The notes under the pieces: generated by a model
Database searches by the model: none
Told to the model about the DNA's origin: nothing
Seen by the model: only the letters and a program-made list of their open reading frames with translations
NCBI RefSeq assembly: GCF_964204645.1
Contig: NC_134027.1
Span: 15,532,485-15,596,484 of the forward strand
Origin: Tubulanus polymorphus
Lineage: Eukaryota; Animalia; Nemertea
Direction of reading: 5' to 3'
Length of the DNA stretch: 64,000 nt
Translations under genes and position numbers: made by a program
Shown: piece by piece, positions 28,478 through 40,400 of the stretch
Numbering within the stretch: position 1 is the first letter of the stretch
Layout: each line of letters opens with the position of its first letter

Positions 28478-28834
28478 CAAAGTTGTTACGCGTACGTGAC
28501 TGTACGGTGATATCCACAGGTTAACCGTACGTGAGTTCCCTAAAAATGCCGTACGTGAGTTCCCTAAAAACGCCGTACGTGAGTTCATATAATCTGCAAA
28601 CGCACATGCGTGAAAGAATAGTTTGGGTTAGGTGAGGCTAGGCTATTTGTAAATCAAATTTCATCCTCCCTGCAGTTACGTTCTGTGGCACCGTGGTGGG
28701 TAAACCACTGGACTACAACTGGATTTTTTTTCGTTTGGTTTCGAATCCCAATATTGCAAGTCTGAGCGTCAACGTACTCACATACGGCTAACCTGTAGAA
28801 ATCACCGACCAGTCACGTACAGGTAACAACAGCA
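28478..28834. mobile_element. MULE-like MITE with 9-bp TSD
   Basis: ~55-bp imperfect TIR (GTTGTTAC...CCGTACGTGAGT), internal tandem CCGTACGTGAGTTC x3, TTTTAAGTA directly repeated outside. Confidence 0.62.
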
Positions 28835-30650
28835 TTTTAAGTATTAAGTGAGTACGACAAGCCTACCATGCCTATGTACTACAAACACAACTTTTTCCCT
28901 CTCGTCGGCCCTACAGTGATGTTACTATAACTGGTGCAATTATAACATGGATAGGATTTGGTCAGGACTAGTCTAAAGTCTAATTCAGTCTTTGTACTAA
29001 TTCACTCGAAAGGCCTATTTTTAAAACAATACAGTGAAGTATTCACACACAGAAAGGCTAATTGATTTGAGCCATGTGATTAAATTAAGCTAGGCCTTCT
29101 CTGACCTGCTGACATTAATAGTCAAACCAAAACGTTCATGTGGTCACGGCTTGTATAACAGAAATCATTGTACATTTTGCTGTTCGTAGGTTTGGTATAC
29201 CGATTTCTCCATACTTGACTGATAAGTGCTGCTGTACGCATTATACAATTGTTCCAATGGGAATAGGGCCTATTTATTGGGCTTATTATTTCCTGCTTTA
29301 GAATACTGAAATAAGCCCAACGTTCATTCAAATATCCAACATCGGTGAAAGTTTGATTACTGTATACATGTACTGTAGGTTTTCATGTTGTATGAATATT
29401 TTGCAGTTCAAATGGGTATGATGCTGATTCCAATGTCAAACGCATGAAGTTAGATGGTCAAGGACAGTCAACACCAAGATATCTCTCTTCGACCGATGTT
29501 GCACCATAGAAGATCTGATTCTTTCAACTCAAGGAAAGTGATTCAACACGATCGACATAACACTGGAATAGGTTTGCAGTAACTAACGGTTCATTTCATT
29601 TAGTCCTATGTACTTTTTAGCCAATTTGGATTTGATTGTAATTGAAACTCTGGAACTGTTAACAAAAGACAAGTTGAAAAAACAGAAGTTATGCTTGATT
29701 CTCATGTTCAAATTTAATTCAAATTCAAATTTATTTTATTACATCATATTTACAAAGCATATCATTGGTTCATACAGTAATAAAAATTAGGACAGAACAA
29801 ATATTATTACAGAATTTCCAATAAGGCAATGAATTTCTATAACTAGATGAACATTATCTCCTGTTTATTAGGAAACACACGCAACTAGTGGAATAGGTTT
29901 GATTTACACACATGTTGCAGGTATCAACTGTTTATCACTATAGAATTTGTAATCCATAAAAGCCAAAATCAACATCAGCCGGAAACCCAGACCAGATCAA
30001 TTCATAATTTATTGATTGAATCTACACTACAATATATGTATTTATTCAAATATTTCAATAAAAACATTAACTTCTTAAATCTTTTCTAAATCATAGTACG
30101 TTCTTATCTGTAAATTCACTCAATCTATCGACTCAGGTGCTTAAGATGAGTTCTTAATAGGACAGATCCATTTTTAAGGATGGTGATAATACAGTATCAT
30201 GATGTTTGAATGCCAAAATAAATGCCTGGTCAAATAAATTAATATTTGTGATTGTACATCCGCGTATGTTCGGTTTCAAAGCTTAATCATATTTGACGTT
30301 TACACAGCATATTAGGTTCGAATCTGTCAATGCATTTTATTCTATGTATCGATATTTCAATTTACTACAATTACCATCACTCTGAATGGCTTTGCAGAAA
30401 ACCTGTCATCGCTGCTTGGCAGCTATATTCTGTATCTTGAATTTCTTTGTGGCACTGTCATCACCGGTGGTTACACACGTTGTGGGTAGGGACGGCATCG
30501 ATTCTATTACCCAATGATATACAAGTCCATAGTTGAATAGCTGAGGGAGAGATTCAGTCCGTCCAGTGATTGGTAGAATGGTTTGAGCCACTGGATTTGT
30601 GGTGCGCTGCTGTTGCAGTTTTTCCTCATACCATTTTCCTCTACCTATTT

Positions 30651-31258
30651 CAGTGTTCTCCACGGGCCAAATTTATAGCAGGGCGCAGTATGATATATTA
30701 TCCTTGCTCTTCAACGACAATGCGAGCACCGAAGGTGTAAAGCCATTGCGGGGGGTTTGGGGTGCTCCCCCAAGAAAATTTTAAAATTTAATGCCTTTCT
30801 GAGTGTTTGAGACAGAAAATCATACTGGAATTCGTGAAAAGTCACAGATGGTTTTAATGCTGGACGCCAAATATCACAATAAATCTATCAACGAAAACTG
30901 GGCGAGTGGCTCAGTTACTATGATGGTTGTCTATTTTTAGAGAAACTAATGATGACCTACGCACTGGAGAGAATGAATGCATGAACATTTACATGCAATT
31001 TTTTTTAGAAAATAAAGCGAGACGATTTTGAAGCGTCAAATCTATTTTGATAAAAAGATTCTAGAGTTTTTGGTTCTAATGATAGCGGTTTTTATTCTAA
31101 ATCTAATTGCTTTATTAATTCATAGGCCCTTATTACAGTTTATGATTCATAAAGGTCTTATTATACTCGTAATTTAAAGCTTTTATTATCCTTGAATTAA
31201 ATTATAAGACGCGTACCAGAGCTCCCCGCCCTGCTAAAACAGCCTGTGGAGAACACTG
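30651..31258. mobile_element. hAT-like MITE with 6-bp TSD, inserted in the YqaJ gene
   Basis: TIR CAGTGTTCTCCAC(G/A)GGC; CTATTT duplicated. Removal restores the reading frame DVKI-GRGKWY. Confidence 0.82.
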
Positions 31259-31553
31259 CTATTTTAACATCAATTGGTTTTTGAAATTCTCTTGCTTCTT
31301 TACACCTGAAAATATACAAGGTTTGGATTCTATAAATTGAGTCAATTCGCTTACCTTTTCTGGGCCTACAAATCATAATGCATAACTCATAGTTTGTAGG
31401 CCTATGTTGATTAAGTGATAGGCCAATATGGAATTGAAATTATGGTCTAAAAGACTTAAACAATATCGAAAGTTAAGCAAAAATGAAAATCACTTGATCA
31501 TAGTTGATATACAGTTAGTCGCAACACACGCATTAAAACCGATTAAGACATAA

Positions 31554-31809
31554 CCTCTTCATTACCACTTGTGACGTATACTTACGTCACAAATAATGAC
31601 CTCTCACCATGCGTGACGTATATTTACGTCACAAATATATGTGTTTACTACAACCGCTGCTGTGGTGAGTCATTACGCCGATGGCGTGTAGCCGTACTAT
31701 ATGCTATGTGCTACGATATGTACCTCTAACAGCCTCTAATGCCGAATTTATTTGAATTGAATGATGCCATTGGGTTACATTGGTTACATTATCTGTAGGA
31801 GTGAAGAGG
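31554..31809. mobile_element. Small piggyBac-like MITE in the YqaJ intron
   Basis: CCTCTTCA / TGAAGAGG ends, ATAA/TTAA flanks, twice-repeated GTGACGTATA.TTACGTCAC palindrome. Confidence 0.6.
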
Positions 31810-32617
31810 TTAAACAAATAGAGCAGTGTTTAGACAGAAAATAAACAACCAAATACATACCGCTGAACGAAATCAGCTTTTTTCCCTCTTGCTTTCAGGC
31901 CACGACATTCCAACCACCTCTTTAGACGTAAAATATCATACTGGCTAAATTCACCTGTTAATTTGGCTCCAGGTACATCATTTTCAGAAAGCGTTATGAC
32001 TGTTAAATGGGGCATTGTTCTGTATTCAATTTCAATACAATGAAGTCAGCCACTCGAGAGCTTCCGGGTTGCATTGAATCAGCTCATTAATATTCATGAG
32101 CTGATGACGTGTTCGGTGCGCTGTGCTATTAAACAATTTCCAAGATTCACTGCCCCTTCCCCAAATTCAATGTCTAGTTTTCATACGCAAGTGTGTGAAG
32201 CATGAATATACGTGACAGTGCATGAATCTTCCGAAACGAAAAGATATGTTACAGATTTTATAACTGCATTGAATGTTTTAAAAGTTCCAAAGAGAAACTA
32301 AGTTTAGTTCTGAAGTTATTATGTACCAAAGGAAGAAAGTTTCACATGTGAAAGCAAAATGGACTTCGCTAAAGCGAAATTAAAGCTCCACCCTTCCAAA
32401 GTTCAATTTAAACATGAAATAAAATTCCAAACATTCTTCAGTGTGGGGTTTGACTACTTCATGTGTTTCTTAGCAGCAGATCAGCAGGCAAAAACCAATG
32501 ACAACAGAAATTGGCAGCTCCGAATGCTGGCAACAAACATTATCAACAGGAAAGTATGTCAATAGATAATGGCTGGGAAGTACATAGTTATATCACAAAT
32601 ATTCTATTACACTCTAC

Positions 32618-32832
32618 CTTATTACTTTGTTTTCAAATTGCTTGGCTTGCCTCCATTTTCTTATGCATTCAAGACAGAAGCAGTGATTACAATTCGATAA
32701 AATCCCAAAACGACGATCACGAACTATCTCCTTCTCCATTACAACTTCCATGCATATTCCACAACTTTTTTTACTACTACGTTGAACAGCAAATGATATC
32801 TCCATGTCTTTTTCCAATTCATTCAGACATTC
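32618..32832 (-). CDS. MKRN1: Makorin exon: RING (C3HC4) finger N-terminal part
   Basis: [34 protein letters not shown]...[32 protein letters not shown]. 215 nt, phase 0-2, canonical splice sites. Confidence 0.96.
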
Positions 32833-32918
32833 CTGATAGAAAACAAATCCGTTAAGTGTCAGGGATGAAAACAGAGGATTTTTCAAAAAAGCTGAAAAAT
32901 TTGAAATAAAAGTATTGA

Positions 32919-33716
32919 GGCTGGCTTATGTCGACAAGCAACGCGACGCCTACCGACGCAACTGGGTTTATCGCCGATTAGCAGCAACTAGCGGCCTACG
33001 AGAGGCCGCCAGTTGCTGCTCTATCGGTTCGACATAAGCCTACTTGCGACGGCAACCCGACTCGTCACAAGCCGTATCCGGCTAGTTGCCCATGTTCTAC
33101 TCCGGCCTACGGTAGGCGGACAGTTGCTTTCGATCGCAACCGACATAAGCTCATCTGCGATGCGACGGAACTGAGCGCAGCAATTCCAGCCAATGAGAGA
33201 CCGCATATACATAGTACAAATTATGACCGCTAGTTAGCGTCATTAGTAATTAGTCATTAACTTTCAAAATTCAAGCAGTTCCATACGTAAACCAAACCTT
33301 CAGCACGGCAGATGATTGACTGAAGATCTAGAAACTAAATTGGTAGAATTATGGTGTGAGCTGCCGTCTTTACATGATGTCACTAGCACATTGTATTCAA
33401 AAGAGAATCAGAAAGAATAAGATCTTAAAGAAATAGCGTATCTACTGGAATTACTTTTTCTAATACATGTAATTCAAAATAATTCAAATCTATTGTCAAA
33501 ATGCTTATCACGTGATCATCGGTGGTCAGCTCAGTTGCCAGTAATCGTACCGACATAAGCAGGGAAGCAACTGGGCGGATCTCGTATCCCGCTAGTCGGC
33601 CTCAGTTGCTGGGAATCGGAGCGCAGTCAACATAAGCTGGGCTGCGATCGCGGTCGCTCTCAGTTGCCTCGGTAGGAGGCGGTAGGCATCGCGTTGCTTG
33701 TCGACATAAGCCAGCC
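32919..33716 (+). mobile_element. Harbinger-like non-autonomous element with MADF-domain relic
   Basis: ~37-bp TIR GGCTGGCTTATGTCGACAAGCAACGCGA(C/T)GCCTACCG. Internal LETKLVELWCELPSLHDVTSTLYSKENQKE*DLKEIA (~33328-33450). TTGA on both sides. Confidence 0.75.
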
Positions 33717-34117
33717 TTGAGAGGTCAACTACTGGCGGCTTGCAGTCACGAGCACCAAAGGTTTGGGTTACCTCCCCTCAGAAAATTTTGAAATTTCAAG
33801 GAGTTTTGGCACACCTGAGGCCCATTTTCCAATGACAAAAAGACTGCTGCCGCGCGGTTGATCGTCCATTATGGCTTGAAAAGGATGGCTCTGACGATAT
33901 GCAAATTACTAGAACATGTTCATACTTTAATGAACTTGTGATAAATAGTAGAGTCCCAAGAGCCCTATCTATAATCTTCCAATCTATCACTCAAGCCAAG
34001 CGTATTGTGCCTGAATTAAAACAATGACTATTTTGATTGAGCACGTAGGCTATGCTTTGTTGGATGAATTGAAGCGTGCGACCGCACATTCTAAATATAG
34101 ATTTTCCATTGCATTTT

Positions 34118-35793
34118 GTCAACGCTCCCTGGTGGCCATATGCAAAAACCAATGGCCTTGAAACTCACCACGATCATAGACCGGGTCATGAGCTACATGT
34201 TTCCAATTGATTGTGATCACAAAATTTGCTTACCGTAAAAACCGGCATATAAGTCGAGTTTTTAACCCTTGATTTTACCACTAAATTATTGACCTCGACT
34301 TATATGCCGAGTACAGTTTTCTACTAAGCATTTTCAGGTCACAAGAAATATTGATTCTACCAGACAAAAAAGACAGTGTTCATCTTCTCACTGCTATAAC
34401 AGTTTGAATAATTAATCATGATAAATAAAGTTATTTGATGAAAAAAACCTCTTTCATTTTGACACAGCTTCATTTAAAACGATGTATTCATATATGCGCG
34501 CTCATAGCAGCGCTTAATACATTAGACTATATATAGCGTGTGACTCACACTACTGTATCTCTGTATGGTAGTGTATTATACCTGAGTGTGTGTGTAACAG
34601 TCTATTGATTAACACACAGCAGCAATCAGGCTGACGCGCACCGCGTGTGTGAAGGCGCACATCATTCTTCTAAGAGAAGGGACTCGACTTATAAGCCGTA
34701 TATATGTTAAAATCATTAAATGTAGGTCTAAAAATCGACCTCGACTTATACGCCGCATGGACTTATATGCCGGTTTTTACGGAAAGTATCAATATAATGT
34801 GGAAAAACTTTTTTCCACCTACGAATGAGTACTGATAACACCCCAAGATGGCTGCCAATTGCGTCATAATTGCCTGATCAAATATACCTGCCACGGGTAT
34901 GAGATCCCTTTCTAAAGAATACCCATCACAAATTGCAATGAAAAATGGCAAACCATTAGGAAGTTACAGGACTCAGAATTCAGGCCAAATTGACATTTTG
35001 GGCACAAAAAGCTCACAGGACAGCCATCTTGAGTCCGATCGACCCAATTTTTCTCATTCCGATAGGCCCTTGGGGGATACAAATATATACAAACGATCAA
35101 GGTAATTGATAAAAACGTCTTCAAAATTTACCTCGAAAACTTGAAAAAATGTGTAAAAAGTGCTGATTTTGGTGAACAACAATGGCTACCAGTCGGCCAT
35201 CTTGAATCTGACAGGGGCAGTTTTTGGGCTGAAGATGTGTCTAGGCTAGATATTAGTACAAACCAAATATCAAGACATTACCTTGACGCATCTTTAAAAT
35301 TTCCCAAAATAACTGGATTCCTTCTACGGACAGACGAAAAGTAAACGCAATTGGTGGGCTAAAAAAGATTTCAGAGATACTTAGCACCGGTTTTATGAGA
35401 CGCTTTTACAGTCTGTTATTTAAGTATGCTACTATCTAACTATCAACTTTTGAGTTTACCGATTGAGTTCAATCGACCCAATTTTTCCTATACTGATGGG
35501 CTCTTTGGGGATACAAATACATATCAAAGCGTCTTCAAAATTTCCCTCGAAAGGTTCAAAAATGTGTAAAAAGTGCTAATTTCAGCGACCAACAATGGCT
35601 GCCAGTCAACCGTCTTGAATCTGACAGGGCCTGTTTTTGGGCTGTAGATGTGTCTAGGGTAGTGAAGTCATATATGAAGACATCGCATCGAAGCGACTTT
35701 AAAACTTCCAAAAATAACTGGATTCCATCAACACACGGTTGAAAAGAGAACGCAATAGCCCGCTGGGACTAAAGTCCCAAGTGGGCTAAAAAG
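34118..35793 (-). mobile_element. Two truncated R1 HINE copies (34118-35366 and ~35467-35793)
   Basis: Clear similarity to the distal half of 50281-51536; terminal hairpin at 35757-35788. The first copy is interrupted by the pogo-like MITE. Confidence 0.75.
34233..34782. mobile_element. Tc1/mariner-pogo-like MITE inserted in an R1 copy
   Basis: 23-bp TIR CCGTAAAAACCGGCATATAAGTC; TA on the left (right copy mutated); subterminal CTCGACTTATA repeats. Confidence 0.75.
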
Positions 35794-36785
35794 TGAAATT
35801 TCACACCTTCTACATTAATAAGATTAACCCATTAGCACTCAGAAATTTCAATATGTAGTGTCAGTTACTCCTCAGAAAATTCAAGGGACATCCATGTCCA
35901 TCACGATACCGAATAGCTCATTTGCTGTTCATTTCCATGCATTACAAGTTAAGTGTTATTTTGTAGTAAATGGTCAAGGTTTTCATATGATATAAGATTT
36001 AATGAGGTGGACCATCAAAATCGTGTCCTTTTGGCCCATCGAAGTTCATCCAAAATTACTTGGATTTGAAGTGAGTGCTCAGATCTGTCATGCCCATACT
36101 CCAAATACTCCAAAAATTGAAATAGGAGGATGTTGATTACGGTATTGTATTTTGAGGACTTAGCGGCATTTTTACAAGCATCCAAATTTTGCGATCGATC
36201 ATAGAAACGCATTTACGAGCACCAATTTTTGCGATCCATTTCACGATCGGTGTTTTTACGAACACGATTTTCCAATCAATTTTTTCGATCGACCAACTCA
36301 CTCGGCGAACGATTTGGTGATTTGATTTCCAAGATGGAAGCACCGGGAAGTTGATAAAGATACAATCTTTTTCTCAACGTGTTTATGTCACGTGATTAGC
36401 CTAAACCATCGTCATTTTTACAGACATTCGATTCAATAACGATCAAGCAATTTGTTCACGAAATCGATCGTAAAAATCCAATGCTTGTAAAAACGTGCCT
36501 AGTTTATCATAAGCTATTGGGTTCGAATCCCACTATAACTGTTTTTGTGCAGCGTACAAAAAAGTGCCGGGCGGATTCAGGCAGCTTGAGGAGTAATAGG
36601 CAGGGCGGATACGGGCGGCTGGAGAGTGCTTATGGGTTTAAGTATTTATTTGTTTGACAAATCTTCGTCTGAACTCCCATCAACAAATTTTAAGTGGTGA
36701 CACGAAAATGACGTCATCGACTCACTACCATCTTATAACCTTCGTAATGTTCAGTTTTCAGCATTTTTCATTTTTCAGGTAATAC

Positions 36786-37012
36786 CTTCTTATGTTCTTC
36801 TTGCTGCTTAAAGTCTCCTGGAAATAGGAGGGCATGGCCACAGAGGTCACATTTTTCACCATGAGTATATGCACAATTATCACCATATCGACATTCTCCA
36901 TGGGCAGCAAAAGGGCAGATCAACTTTCGAGTTTCAGCTGTAGCTTCACCAGGATAGTCATCAATGTCTGCTAGCCCTGTTTTCATAGCAGCTGAATAGC
37001 TTGCAGGAACAA
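36786..37012 (-). CDS. MKRN1: Makorin exon: third CCCH finger and start of makorin Cys-His motif
   Basis: VVPASYSAAMKTG...LICPFAAHGECRYGDNCAYTHGEKCDLCGHALLFPGDFKQQEEHKK. cag/gtatt boundaries; 227 nt, phase 1-0. Confidence 0.93.
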
Positions 37013-37493
37013 CTGTGATAAAAATCAATAAAAACTTCATCAATTATATTCATTCTAAGAATCTTCAATTACTGTTAAAACAAGCCTTTCATCGGCCGTG
37101 CAGATTTATTCCCAACCCAGAAGTGTGACGTCATTCTGAGAACCCAGACAAAAACAACATGTTGTAGTGTATTGAAATGGGTGATACGAACAGCGATTAA
37201 AGTGCAAAATAGTGACTCAAATACATCAGATTTCAATCAAACGTCTGATGTTTAAGAATTAATGAATTAAGGAATTTGTGACTATAAAGTACAGCATATT
37301 TCTACGTCGTGGAGCGAGCATTCATCATCATTTAAAAGTCATTCCCTCTATTTGTTAAAACCACGAGGAGGGGATGACTGATATAGTCACGGATATTTCT
37401 GTGGGCAGAGATCGTTTTATCCAGTACTGGACCATAAAATCGTCCTGATACCGTAAACTTGTTCGTGCCTGCGCCACCCCGTGTAATAGTATT

Positions 37494-40400
37494 ACAAGAG
37501 CCCCAAGGGGCACTATGGCCAGCCTGTCAGCTTTTCATAAAATGGCAAATGATGCATTCTGTGGGTTATATTTGTCAAAATACACTTCCAGCTCAGAATC
37601 AATACCTAATAATTTACACAATACAACCGTGTTTTCATAAGTAGCACAGACAGCCACTGGAGCTAGCGGGAACAAATACCTCAGATAAATATTTTCCCTC
37701 GGTCTTATTGATTTTTTTTTGTTAGTTTAAAACAAGAGCCCCAAAAAATTTTCATAAAATGGCAAATGATGCATTCTGTGGGTTAAATTTGTCCTACACT
37801 CCCAGCTCATAGACTAGCTATAGTCAATTCCAGGCTAATTATTTACACAATTCAATCGTGTTTTCATAAGTAGCACAGTCACAAACAGCGGCTGGAGCTG
37901 GCAGGAACTAATACCTCAGATAAATCTTTTCCCTTAGTCATATTGATTGAATGCGGAATAGAATTGAATTTTCTGAAATTTGCCCAACAAAACAAAATTG
38001 AATAGGATTTGCTGGTTTACCTTGTTCAATTAAGTAAAATTGAATTTGATATTTTTTTGCAGAATAAAATGTGATTGAACTTGAATTTGCAGTTTGAGGA
38101 CATGGCTAATTAGCATATCAAGGTCATCCATCCGATTTGAGAAAAAGCTATTTTTCGCAGACTTTGCACAATTGTCAATGATATTCTGTAGTGAAAATAA
38201 AAATATTCCTCCCAAAAACCAAATCAACTAGAGATTTCACAGAAATTCACTGTTGCTAACCCTGAGTATACTGCTACTCATCCAGTTATGTGTTCTACCA
38301 GCCTCTCGTTGACTGTCCTGTTGACTCTGTGATGTCCAACACACCGTTCAGCCCCCTGCTAAGAAGTAGTCTGCGAAGCCGTTTACCAAGTGACTCTAAG
38401 TGCAGCCGCAAAAATTCATCGACACCAAGCAGCTTGCCTTATGATCTACCACGGAAACAGAACCTACGTCTCATGTCGGTCAACTGCCGGAGTATTGTCA
38501 ACAATGCTGCGGTTGTGAACTACACCAAACCTGACATTATCTGTGGCTCCGAATCATGGCTATCCTCTAACATCATGTCCAGCGAAGTGTTCCCCGCTGA
38601 TTATATAGCCTACCACAAAGACCGCAGCTCCCTCGGCGGTGGAGTATTCATCCTTGTACATCAAGACCTAGTGGCTGAGGAGCAGCCTCAACTCCAAACC
38701 GACTGCGAACTGCTGTGGACAAAGATCAAACTGGAGAAGAGCAAAAACTTGTTTGTCGGATCATACTATATGCCAAAGCGCACAGAAGGCGATGCCCACA
38801 ACCTAAAGTCATCACTCGACAAACTCAATGCAACTCCAAACGTCAAAAACACGCTGCTAGCTGGTGATTTCAACTGCCCTGATGTCAACTGGGAAACTGG
38901 AACTGCCAACCCATCATCAAACCAGGCCAGCATCCAACAGCTAATAGTTGATGCAACATCAACAGCCCAGCTGACCCAAGTTCATCTTGAGCCAACCAGG
39001 AAAGATGCGTTGTTAGTCCTTGTCTTTACGTCCAACCCAACACTGGTGAAAACCTCGACGTCAATACCAGGGATATCGGACCACAGTATTGTAATCACCG
39101 ATATTGACGTCAAACCTCAACATACCAGGAAGGCACCACGAAAATGTTATCAGTTCCGTAAAGCTGAGTGGGAAAAACTGTCGACACATCTCCAAGCCAC
39201 CACAGACGAAGTCACCACTATGTACCAAGACGGTAGCAGTGCGGAAGCTCTATGGACTCATTTTAAAACAGCACTCCTGTCTGCCGTTGATAAAAACATA
39301 CCGTCGAAAATAAGTCGCAAACCAAACCCATCACACAAAATTCGAAAATTACTCAGCCGTAAACGTAGACTTTATGCCAAGGCCATGAAAACCGGTAATT
39401 GGAAAAACTACAACTACGTTCAGAAGTTGTGTCGTCACAACATAAGACGCACTGAGTGGGACTATGTAAACAACACGATCGAGGACAGCATGGCCCAAAA
39501 CAACAGCAAACCTTTCTGGAGCTACATAAAACGGAAACAACAGGACAGTGTGGGTGTCACACCACTTCGCAATGGCACCAAATGGACTGATAACAAGACC
39601 AAAGCTCAGCTTCTACTTCAACAGTTCAGATCTGTCTTCACCAAGGAAGACAGCGAGACACCACCAGAGCTTAACTGTAAATACGACTCAATACCCAAGC
39701 TCTCAATTGACAGGAATGGTGTCATTAAACTACTAAAATCGCTGAAGGTCAACAAAGCTAGTGGTCCTGATGGTAAACCCAACTGTGTACTAAAAAACTG
39801 TGCAGAAGTGATTGGTCCAGCACTCGCTTGCATTTTCCAGTGTTCTGTTGACTCCGGTTCACTACCAGCAGACTGGCGGAAGGCAAACGTCTTGTGTATT
39901 CCGAAGAAGGGAGATAAGCATAACCCATGCGAGTGGTTCTAGATGGTGAATCGTCAGATGACACAAATGTAGACTCAGGAGTTCCACAAGGTACGGTCCT
40001 CGGGCCACTGCTATTTTTGTGTCATATCAATGACCTGCCGAATCACGTTCAATCAACAGTTAGGTTGTTCGCCGACGACTGCCTGCTATATCGAACTGTC
40101 AGAAATACGCGTGACCAAATTCTCCTTCAAAATGATGTCGAAAGCCTTGGAAAGTGGGCAGCAACATGGGGTATGAAGTTTGATACCAAGAAGTGCAACA
40201 TACTCAGCATTAAACCTAAGTTGTCCTACTTCTACACCCTGGAAGGATCAATCCTGCAACACGTGGAGTCCAGCCCATACCTGGGAATCGAGATCAACAA
40301 CCAGTTGAAGTGGCACACCCATGTCAACAACATTGCTAGCCGAGCCAACTCCACCATTTCTTCGACGTAATCTACGAAGATGTCCCCAACGTTACAAGAA

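Larger units (their letters stand above)
26790..32015 (-). pseudogene. SAP-domain / YqaJ (lambda-type) exonuclease relic
   Basis: N-terminal exon LSENDVPGAKL...LKRWLECRGLKARGKKADFVQR (32015-31861). Next exon KPIDVKI-GRGKWY...FNYGLVYHWVIES is split by the 30651-31258 insert. C-terminal RGNDLEDEAR...TGLWVN..P*LSCSPDG...HQYYYQVQYQLGVTGFNWCDF...FEMRIPR carries stops and frameshifts. Confidence 0.82.
23540..32130. mobile_element. Fragmented ISL2EU-type (PIF/Harbinger-related) transposon: transposase plus convergent YqaJ exonuclease gene
   Basis: DDE_Tnp_4-like transposase relic on + and SAP/YqaJ relic on -, tail to tail, the two-gene arrangement known for ISL2EU. Termini not confidently identified; left part lost. 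Confidence 0.75.

Noticed and set aside
28685-28750. tRNA genes here and at ~10995, ~14780, ~36520, ~50200 and ~63810
   Set aside because: Only B-box-like motifs or degenerate heads are present, and no complete cloverleaf could be built. They are best read as SINE-type relics.
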